This document shows, one piece after another, positions 36,561 through 46,585 of a stretch of DNA of 60,329 nucleotides. A program made the translations under genes and the position numbers. The stretch's first letter is position 1. Every line of letters begins with the position of its first letter. This stretch comes from Psammoneis japonica (Eukaryota). The notes beneath the pieces were generated by a model that searched no databases, was not told the DNA's origin, and was given only the letters and a program-made list of their open reading frames with translations. The stretch lies in contig QPGO01000150.1 of the NCBI GenBank assembly GCA_008632985.1, forward strand, positions 124,001 to 184,329. Reading direction: 5' to 3'.

Positions 36561-39500
36561 CGTGCGCAACTTCTCCCAGGGAAATCCTGCGTGAGATTGC
36601 ACCGGGAAAGGGCAACACAGAGTGCAGAATTGATGGAAGAAAACATTGTGTGGAACCGCATCAGGAGAAAGGGTGCATGCACTGGAAAACAACATGGATT
36701 TCTGCATGTGCGTTAAGGTGCGTAAAAAACACGTGGGGGCCTTCAAGTGACGCACGCGAACAATCACAAAGAAACATTCGGAAATGGAGACAGCACAGAG
36801 AGAAGTCAGAAACATGGATCCAAAACAAAGTGACACACAACAGAAAAAAAAAACAACAACAAGAGATGAAGGCGACGGCGACGGGATCGATGAAAAAGAA
36901 GGATTTGGATGGAAAGACACCGGAGACGGTGAAAACAGGCGGCACCAAGATGAGGAAGGAAGAGAAAAATGGGACGGGCAAAATGAAGAAAGAGAAAAAG
37001 AAGCTGACAACATGACGTCAAGAGGGGAGCAGCAATGCGATTCAGCACTTCGAGGGACCTCTTCCTCTCGATGATGTTCACCCAAAATCGCAAGAAATGC
37101 AGTGTGGCTTTTTTGGAACGGCGACGAGGAAACATCCAACGCGGCAGCGGCACATTTGAAATTCTTGCAAGAGAGTGGACAAGACACACGGAATGAAGAG
37201 GATGATGCGGACGACTGGGCAAATTGGAGTGCAGTTGTTGATCAAACAATCAGCGCACACTTTGCATGATGAAAATTTCATTGCACGCAATTGCAGTGTT
37301 TGGCTTGTCGTCAAAGATCGTCAATTGTTGTGAAAAAGGCAGAGCACAAAAATTAAAAAACATCCGTGTTCAAACATGAAGAACAGCAGGAGATTGACAA
37401 TTGGCCAAATGACAAAAACCGTCATGTGCAGACAAGTGGATTTTAAAACACAGCAACACATTTTTGTCATGTGTGCAGACATTGCGATGTCGTGCACTCT
37501 GATGCACTGGTTGAGCCAGCATGCAACTTTTGCACTTGCTTGCTGCAGGCAGCCTGGCTGCTGTCTTCCCCAGAGGATCAGCTGGAGAGCAGCTTGCCAG
37601 CACAGATGGCAACTGGTTGACACCCCAGCAATGGCGACAACAAGCAAGTCCTCAAGCTTTGGCCTTGGAGAAGAAACTCTTCCCAAGCAGCACATTTGTG
37701 GCTTGTCAGCAGGAGGACAACAGCTTTGAGCAGAAGAGCAAGCAGCAAACTTGTGTCACCACACAGCAAACAAGATTTCATCATGGAAATGCACAGAATG
37801 AGTGCACCACTCTGTGGCCAGAAGAGGGAGGTCTGGAATGTGATGATCACAGGACAAGAAGAAAAATGTGGCTCATGTTCCAAGCTCATGTTGCAGTGCT
37901 TGTTCTCATTCCCTGTCACACTTCATGGAACAACCACACTCTGATGCCTCAGTCAATGCTCTGAGAAAGGCCTTTTCAACTGCAAAGGAAAAACTGGAAT
38001 GTGTGCACTGAGTTTGCCAAACAAATGGAATGCCCCATGCTCTTGGAGCACATGGCATCTGTCTGCCTGTTCTCTGGCATCTGTCTGTCAGCTCAAGAGA
38101 GCAGAGTTGCTCTGCCCCCTGGCACTGAGCCATTTTTTCTTCTGCTGAACACATCTTTTTTTTCTGGCAGCCCTGCCACTTGACAATGGCGGGCACATGA
38201 TGCACGCCAAAGTGGCAGCCACACTCACTCAACAAGCACGACTCAGTTGCAAGTTTGACAATGGCGCTGCTTGCGCTGCTGGCATCAAAAAGTGCAGTTT
38301 GGTTTGACGCAGTGCCTCACTCTGCTGCAGCATCATGGCCATGCTTGGAGCTTGTGAAGTGAAAAGGATGTGTCACAAAATGACAATGGAAAGAAAATGT
38401 GAGAGACTCAGAAGTTTTGAGAGAACAACAAATCCCTCAGCAGCCAGTGTCCTCCAACTTGCCACAAAGCACAGGTGGATGAGCACCCCCTCTACCTCCT
38501 CTTGATGCTGGCTTTCCTCATTGTTGCTGTTTGTTTGATGTGCTTGAAATTGTGCATGATTTTTGCAGGAGCAACAAGTGCCAAGTGCAGCAGATGACAA
38601 GAGAAAAAAGATGCCAATGCAAAGACTCTGCTGCTCCACCATCAATTTGCGCACATGCCACCAACTCAACAAAAATTCATGGAATTTTGCAGTGCTTTTC
38701 TTCATGCTTTCAAGCAAAAAGTCTTTGTTTCCTCTCAACGTCAACACATCTGAATGGTGCAAAAGAGGCTCAGCACATGCGTGCTGATGACCTGGCTCTG
38801 TCTCCAATCTTGTGTGATGGGTTCAGCCAAAGCGCACCCACTGTCTTTGTTGTTGAGCCAAACATCAAATGCGCGCATGCAGACATGAGATCACAGATTG
38901 ACTTTCCATGGCAAAAACAAAAACACAAAAGTGGTGCACAAAGAAGAAGACAAGAACCAAGAGAAGCAGAGACAAGGCACGTGAGACTTGGCAGTGTGCC
39001 TCTTTGCTGTTGCAGCCATGGGTGATGAGCAATCCATCATGTGAGAGGCTAATTTTCTGGACAGTTTGGCACATTCAACTCCTTCAAATTTGATCATTTC
39101 AAAAATTGAAAGGTGAGTGCAGACAAAAAACCAAAAGTTTTGTGTGTGATTTGGGAGAAAACCAATTGTGAACAAGTCCATTGTGCTGAATTGCAAAAAC
39201 AGGCCAGTGATGGGAATCAAGCCTGTGCATGTCACCTGGAGCTGGGGCAGCATCAAAGTGCTGGAAGGGCCAGTTGGTTGCAACAACCAGCAGCTTCATT
39301 AAAAATGCAGACAATTTTCTTTCCCTTGGCATGGCTCTGCTGTGCAGCAGCAGCTTCCACAATTCCGTTGCTGATGCACATGTGGTGGAATGCCAGAAGC
39401 GTCCAAGTGCAGTCTGGCAAACTCATCCATTGTTCATCATGGAGCTTAAACAGAATGGTGGTTGCATGGAGTGTGCTTTTCATGTTCCTTGAGAATCTCC

Positions 39501-39749
39501 TCACAATCACGGAGTGTGGATGTGCACTCCATGAAAAGTGGCCTCCACGAAATGTGCAAAAATGGCCTTGTTTCTTGCAGAATGGCTCAGAGGAATGTGA
39601 GAAAAAAGGCTTGTTCTGCACACTTCCATGAAGTCTCATTTGCTGCACACACCTTTGCACTTGTTTGTTGTGGCATGGCCAGCATGACCACTTGGGTGCT
39701 GAGGCCACCAAGGCCTGCATTGAAGTCTGCCAAGAAAATTTCCAGAGTG

Positions 39750-40145
39750 GACGCGTTCCAGACGTAGGTGGGAATCCGTGTGACATTGGGCCCGTAGAAT
39801 TCTACGTGCGAGCTCCGTAGTAAAATTATACGGTAATTAGAATGTCAATGTTCGCCAACAGAAAATGAGGCAATTTTGCGAACGCACAAACTCGCACATG
39901 ATTGAAGTACATCGATTTTTACTTAGCCAGTTACATTCTTCAGACATTGAAGAATGTAACTGGCGCATTATTGTTTCTATAAATGCGTCATGTAAAACGT
40001 CTGGGGCTTCGCAAAACAGCAAGTCTGGACAATTTTTTTTAAATATCACACGTAGAAATGTACGTGCGAAACATACGACGGATGATAAAAATTATTTGTG
40101 TCACACGTCAGTACTACGAGCTCCCACCTAGGGCTGGAACGCGTC
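39750..40145 (+). mobile_element. Young 396-bp MITE with ~24-bp TIRs and 4-bp TSD AGTG
   Basis: GACGCGTTCCAGACGTAGGTGGGA ... TCCCACCTAGGGCTGGAACGCGTC, with AGTG at 39746-39749 and 40146-40149. Non-coding and retains about 28 TA. Confidence 0.92.
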
Positions 40146-43046
40146 AGTGGGCAAGCCATGAGGCCAGCACTTTCTTGCATCTCTGCTTTTGCAAGATGGC
40201 AGCCTGGAGCTCCTGAACAAAGGATGAGCAGCAGCAGCAAATTTGAGGTGCACAAGAAAGCCTTCATTCTGGACAGACAGTGCACATCCATCCAGCCCCC
40301 AGATGACTGGGCAGCACTGGCACTCTGGCTTCTGACAGCTTTCAGCATGATGAGGCAGCTCTGTTGTCTGGAGAGCAGCTTGAACAAATTTGGCAAATGT
40401 GCAGCACCAAACCCACAGAGATGACACTCAGACAGAGACGCACACTCAGCAATTGCAAAATGCAGAGTGAAGCACCAATTTCTTGAGGCTCAAACATTTC
40501 TGGCGCACGCTGCTGCACCCAAGCTTTCTCCCACGGCAAGCTCCACATGTGTGGCTGTTGTGCATGGCTGTTGCACAGCAACACCACACTGCCTCAGATG
40601 TGTGTGGTGCCATCCTTTTGGCTTTTGTGGCAGACGCCCTTCATGCCACAGCTGTGCATGCTTTCAAGTGCCAGGCGTGTGCCTTCTTGGCCAAGCAGAG
40701 AGCTGTGTGCTTGAAACTTTCCTTCTCTTTGGCATTGAGCCATCTCTTATTGATGTTTGGTTGAGTCCCACCCACTGAAATTTTTGCCCAAGGAGTGTGC
40801 TGCGTGTGGCGCAGGTGCCGAGCATCGTGGCGTGCCCTGCTTTTGGAGCAGCTGCGCCGAAGCTTGCTTGGCTGCCATTGTTGTTGACAGCATGGGCACA
40901 GAGAGGCCAGTGGCTGCCATCCCTCCCTTGAAAGATGAGGATGCTTCACTCAAAGATCTGAGAAGCAAAGGCAGGCACCTTTGACATGGCTGGTTGCCAC
41001 ATCCCAACCAGCGGTTAAAACTTGCTTTTCTTCGACCATGTGCTGCGGCATGTGGGGCGGTTGCGTCACCACAGCGACACGCATGGGCACAACATTATTC
41101 GCGCGTCGCAGTTGCTGTGAACACCTACCACAACACTTTTTTTTGTGAGCGACAATGAAACGCTTGCCGCTTGCGTCGCCTTCGTCGATTCTTTATACAA
41201 GGTTAGACACTCATGAGATCGTCTCCATTCGTTCATGTGATGCATGTGCCTTGGCTCTGTCTCGATAATCACCGTGAGACTTTTTAAAAACTGGGTCAAT
41301 GCCTTGACGCGTGCGCTGTTGCTGCGTACTGTTTTGATTTTTTGTTTTGCATGTGCTCCCGTCGATCCTCTCACAGTTTCTATTTGTCGCAATGCTGTAC
41401 CGTTTCGTAGGTGGTATGGAACAATGCCCATGCAAGCACCATTCGGTTTTTCACTTCTTGTTCTCGAGGTTGGCGTCGCAATGTATAAAAGCCATCAAGG
41501 ATACCACCACAACCTCATGCGTTTCACGGGCACTAAAATATACGACAAAGACGTGCATCTATCGTTCAGGACACGCAATCGGAGTCAAGATACTCAGAGT
41601 CGCAATTAAGCAAGTCACTCTTGTCGTAACTTGCATGATCGTCATTCGTAAAGACAGCATACGATCCTTTTCGCCGTCGATGCGTCACCAAAGGGCGGGT
41701 ATTGACGACTCGCAGACGGCGGCTGTGGTATGTACACGGAAAGAATTGCAACATGATGTGTAAGGTGGCAGTGCTGGGAAGGTACATTATTGTTTCCGCC
41801 GTTTTGTGGGCCAGGTATTGCTTATCCATATTCTTTTGCTCATTCGGATGGATACCGGCTCCGTTTGGTTACATTATCAAACTCGATGGTATGGTGGTGA
41901 AGGAAATGAGATATCCAACATGTTATCTGAGCGTATCATTACTTTGGCGGGGGCTTGCGACTGTTGGTTTCTGGGAAAGAAATGAATTGTGGAATTGTTC
42001 GATGCTGCCGATACTACTGTACCTACTACGACGTGGACGAGTATATCGACCTAAAGAGAGTGAGAACAGTAGTTCATTGATTGTTGGTGGCTCGCCATGT
42101 CCTTTTTCATATGGCAACATTATGGGTTGGGGGAGCGAATATACTCAACCAATGTCTGGGCGTAGCGCCTTTGTCGGGTACAGGCTTGCCGTAGTGCGTT
42201 TATTCTGGAAACAGAATTGGTATGGAAGAGAGAAGGAATGAAGCTAGCCCAACTGACGGCTTTACTGGTCTGTCGAGAGATTTCCTTGCAGAAGAAGAGT
42301 GCAACTACTGGTATATGCAAGGGTTCTCGCTGTATGAATACGCATACGCTAAAAAGAATGCTGCAACGAGGAATAACACCGGTGACGACGAGCAGCGTGG
42401 AGCCTATTCAGCATGTATTGATCGCTCCGTCTTGTGTAAGTACTCGTGGATGACCTGTGTATTGAAGGAACCTCACTATTTGTACATTGTCGCACTCACT
42501 AGTATTTTTATATTGAATGATTATAAGGATACTGCAGTCGCATCGGCTATAATGCGTTTCGTCCTCAAACCCTACTATATCGCAAGAGCAATTCTGTCGC
42601 CCGGCCAAAGACTTGCTGCGAAGAATACGACTGCCTCTTGCCCATACCCGCGAGAATGACAATTTGCGCCACAACAATAAGCCGTGGTGGTACTTGATGT
42701 GTATGCTTGTGGACTATGCAGCTTTCGATGCCGGCATATTATCGGTGATAATGAGGAGGTCTGGATAATTCGTCAATGTCGATTATCAACCAAAGTGTCG
42801 ATTGCTCCTTGCGACTGTTGCGAAGGTGATGTCATTTTTGTGAATCCCCGTACGCTACGACATCCGTCGTACGTCAATAATGTGGGGCATCTTCCGTCTG
42901 TAGCTTGGCAGCCTGCATCTGCAACTAGATATGTTGGGTTTCAACAATTGTACAAGGAGGATTCAATTGAATGTAATGCCTTTCTAGTTGTTATTCCTTT
43001 ATGAAAAATAGACAAATCATTTACATGCATTACACTACGAAAGTGT

Positions 43047-44135
43047 TCACACCGCAAACACTTCCTGCGATCGTCGCCCTCGCTTCCGACTCCACTCAAA
43101 ACCGATGCTGTCGAGTTTTGCAACGCGATCATCTTCCAACTCGCCTTTTGCTTGCCGCACGCGTTGTGTGTCCACCCACTGTCCAAGTTGGGGATTCTTC
43201 TCGTAATGGCGCGGAACATTGCAGTCTCCACGTTCATCTTTGTACTTGATCAATTCATCAAATCTTTGATCCCATCGTCCAGCATGAGGCGTGCTCCAAA
43301 CAAATCCAATTCCGTCCAGTCGTTCCTTGCGGGGGAGTGACAACTCATCGTTTGCGTGCAGCTTTCGTTATTTGTCCACCCAATATCCAAGCTGGGGATT
43401 TTTCTTGTAACGATGCGGAACCTTGCAGTCACCATGTTCATTTTTGTACTCGATCAATTCATCAAATCTTTGATCCCATGCGGTGCGTTTTGTGCTCCAA
43501 ACAAATCCAATTTCGTCAAGCAGTTCTTTGCGGCAGTCTGGCAACTCGTCTTTTGCTTGCAGCGAGCGTTGTTTGTTCACCCACCGTCCAAGCTGGGGAT
43601 TTTTCTCGTAACGTTGCGGAACGTTGCAGTCACCATGTTCATTTTTGTACTTGATCAATTCATCAAATCTTTGATCCCATCGTCCAGCATGAGGCGTGCT
43701 CCAAACAAATCCAATGCTGTTGAGCTTCTCGATTTTGACAGGGGAAAGTTTTTTATGCTTCTTCTTCTTTCGCTGATTATTGACCCATGTGGAAAGCTGT
43801 TTCTTTGGCTTGTATCGAGGTGAAACTTTTGCATGCTTGGCAAAGTACTTGTCTTTACGTTTCACAAGGCAATGACTGTGTCGAGCCTTGAACTCCTTCA
43901 ATGCCGCAAAACGAGCATTCCAAGCGTCCTCACCGACACCTTCGTTGTCGCTTCTGGCAACCGCATCATTGTATAAATCTTCTTCATCTTCCTCGGTCCA
44001 ACAATCGCTTTCAGGAGCGAAATCGCTGACAGCGGTAACATCAGACTCCTCCTGGGCTGCATCTTCACGGCTAAAGAGGGGTTTTCTTGGATCACGTCGA
44101 GCATTGCGTCCAGGGTTGCGTCGGTGGCGCGGCAT
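43047..44135 (-). pseudogene. Helicase-associated (HA) domain repeat protein (4 repeats) with one in-frame TAA
   Basis: Repeats of WDQRFDELIxYKxExGDCxVPxxYxKNPQLGxWVxxQR...LDxIGFxW. TAA at 43368-43370 replaces the conserved Gln and the same frame continues to 43047. Confidence 0.85.
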
Positions 44136-44434
44136 GGTGAATTGTAATAACGCAATCGAGTTGACAGCGAAACGGGATTAATGAACGCTTCAACAAACAT
44201 CGAACGATAGCGTGTGAGGAGCAGCTGCTGTACAAGACTCATCTGCGTGCGTTTGATCGACAATCGCTCAAAAATTTGGTTGATTGCCGGCGATACTTCA
44301 AACGAGCAAGCCGCCACAACGGGCAAGCGAAACGATCCACTTGCACTTCTGTAGTCATACACCGGTATGGCTATCTCGCACCACACAACGTCAACCGTTA
44401 CAAATCTATCTACGGTGTTCCAGGTGGCTTGACA

Positions 44435-45050
44435 AGTAGGGCTACCCTCTCTCTAGCTAGAGCTAGTAGAGCTACTCTCTACTCTAGCTCTACTCTATAC
44501 AGCTACTCTCCTAGTAGCTAGAGTAGAGAGCTAGTAGCTACCGGTAGTAGTAGTCTACAGTATGAGTTGAGACGACTGCAACTTCTAGAGTAGAGTCTCT
44601 AGTTTTTACATAAGCCGTGATTCGGGGAGCAGTGTCAGTGCAGTAACTAGAGCGTTCCGAAATGCTTCTACAAGCTAGAATTCCGTTCCTTTCTCTTCTT
44701 CTTTCTCCTTTTCTACCTTCTTTCTCTTCCGTAACCTGGGCTCTCGGGCGGGTACATAGTTTCCCCACTCTCGGGTGGAGGACTCTCGAGATCGGATGCA
44801 CTCCTGGAACTTTGGCAGGGCTACTCTCATTGGCTCTAGCTAGCTAGCTAGAGAGCAAACTCTACTCTAGCTAGAGTGGAGCTAGTAGCTACCGGTAGTA
44901 GTAGTCTACAGTACTAGACTATGAGTTGAGACGACTGCAACTTCTAGCTACTAGAGTAGAGTCGCCTAGTTTTTACATAAACAGTGATGCGGGAAGTAGG
45001 GTCAGCTCAGTGCTCTAGCTAGTAGAGCTCCGAAATGCGTCTAGTAGCTA
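44435..45050. repeat. CTAG/TAG/CTCT-rich low-complexity tract containing a duplicate of the neighbouring gene's 3' end
   Basis: About 44530-44812 matches 44881-45198. The copies differ by short CTAG-type insertions. Confidence 0.8.
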
Positions 45051-46298
45051 GAATTCATCCGTTCGCCGCTCCTTTCTCTTCTTCTTTCTCTTTTTCTTCC
45101 TTCGTTTCTTCTCCGAGTAATCTGGGCTCTCGGGTGGGTACATAGTGTCCCCACTCTCGGGCGGCGGACTCTCGAGGTCGGATACACTCCTGGAACTTCG
45201 TCTTTGCTCTTCGTCATGCGCCACGAGACCCGTGGACCTCCCAATGTCCCGGAACGTGCGTCGAACAAATTTCTTGACTTTTCGTTTATTCCCCACATAG
45301 TACGCAAGGCTTCCAAGAAATAGTCCCATCAAGAGTGCCACGGTCGAAATAATTCGTAACGGTACAGTCACTGCCTTGCCAAATCGTACCGTAAAGACAT
45401 TCCCCGTGATGGCATTGAGATAGGCTCGTTTGATACCGTAGGGGTCAGGACACTGTTCACCATAGATATCCAGATCACACGCGGTACTTGTTTGAAGCAA
45501 TGTTTCTGCAAACGAACCATATGTCGTGGAGGAAGAGTAGCCGTCGTCATTCTCGTCTTCTAATCGCCTGGTAACGTACGTATTATAATCCCATACTTTT
45601 TCGCACGTCACCTTGTTCATGGCACGGTTGAATTGTTTCATATTGTTGGAATCATCACTGAGTGTTTTGTTGATAAAATACGCCCCATTGCAATAATTAT
45701 CGGAAAAGAGTGCCATGACGTACTTGCCCGAATGGTCGAGAGCACACCCCATGGTGGTCGATGATGCCATGTCGTCATCGACATTGTTGGGTTGCGAACA
45801 ATACGATAGGCCGTATCCGTTGTCGTTCTCTCCAAAACTACCAAGCCCCAGTCCATCTGAAATTGTATCGGCACCCATAAAGGTAAAGAATGTGTTGATA
45901 TACGTTTTTCTGGAACAGCTCCAACCAAAGTTACGGCTTGATTTCAAAACACCATAGATGGAATACGCCGCATTGGCCCCAAACGAGGTGGTCCGACCCT
46001 GATACCAATTTTCATCTCCATCGCGATACTCTCCATCATCATCAAAGGCATCAATACCAAATTCGGACCAAGCGCAACCGTGATGTTGAATATAGAGAGA
46101 CTCAAATTCGGTAATATCCTCGAGCAAATTACTGGCATCACTCCAATACATTCGAAATTTTCGCGGTGGTTTGCCGTCAGCCCATGGTGCGTTCGGATCC
46201 CTCTCGGCTGAACATAATGTCGACAACAAGATTATTATGAGAATTGGCAGCGTAGACCTCATGATGATGTTTATCCGAAACGCCGCCGCCGCCGCCAT
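45048..46298 (-). CDS. Type I membrane protein: signal peptide, Cys/Asp/Asn-rich lumenal domain, RRL motif, TM helix, basic tail
   Basis: Intact 416-aa ORF. Leader MRSTLPILIIILLSTLCSA (alternative ATG at 46262), TRRLED, TM IISTVALLMGLFLGSLAYYV. Confidence 0.85.
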   Translation of the reverse strand: MAAAAAFRINIIMRSTLPILIIILLSTLCSAERDPNAPWADGKPPRKFRMYWSDASNLLEDITEFESLYIQHHGCAWSEFGIDAFDDDGEYRDGDENWYQGRTTSFGANAAYSIYGVLKSSRNFGWSCSRKTYINTFFTFMGADTISDGLGLGSFGENDNGYGLSYCSQPNNVDDDMASSTTMGCALDHSGKYVMALFSDNYCNGAYFINKTLSDDSNNMKQFNRAMNKVTCEKVWDYNTYVTRRLEDENDDGYSSSTTYGSFAETLLQTSTACDLDIYGEQCPDPYGIKRAYLNAITGNVFTVRFGKAVTVPLRIISTVALLMGLFLGSLAYYVGNKRKVKKFVRRTFRDIGRSTGLVAHDEEQRRSSRSVSDLESPPPESGDTMYPPESPDYSEKKRRKKKRKKKRKERRTDEF

Positions 46299-46585
46299 GG
46301 TTGAAGAATGAGTGTTGATGCGATTGTTCGTTGCAACACAAAAAATGAGGTTTATACTTATTCAAAGACATATATCACATTGGATCCCAAAAATTCCAAA
46401 AATTTTGTGCGGGACTGGATTTTACAAGCTCATACGTACCCTAAGATTTTAATTTTCTCATTATTCTCAATACTTCAACAGAAACAATATTCCTTACTAT
46501 TCAGCCATAAATGATTGATATATTTATCCATGTAAAATGTCTCATCCATTTTCACATGTGTTTTAGAAATTTAGAATCATCCACC

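Larger units (their letters stand above)
29115..37504. mobile_element. Decayed ~8.4-kb DNA transposon bounded by 15-bp terminal inverted repeats
   Basis: CATCAGAGTGCACGA at 29115-29129 and TCGTGCACTCTGATG at 37490-37504. Encloses several decayed ORFs. The TSD is unresolved (possibly AT if the ends are CAG/CTG). Confidence 0.6.
28703..41090. other. TpA-depleted hypermutated domain D (interrupted by a TA-rich MITE)
   Basis: About 30 TA counted by eye in 28703-39749, mostly in TTAA/CTAA/TTAG/CTAG. Dense Cys/His-rich ORFs on both strands. Confidence 0.92.

Noticed and set aside
13081..41090. Classical RIP, simple CpG deamination or GC-biased gene conversion as the cause of the domain composition
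   Set aside because: RIP would create TA. CpG decay cannot remove TA. gBGC is not dinucleotide-specific and would not accompany CpG loss.
28692..41119. Possible CACAGC...GCTGTG termini bounding all of domain D
   Set aside because: Only about 6 bp plus a weak extension match, and no TSD.
41150..43000. ORFs of 100-180 aa in normal-composition DNA
   Set aside because: No recognisable motifs or consistent coding frame, so left unannotated.
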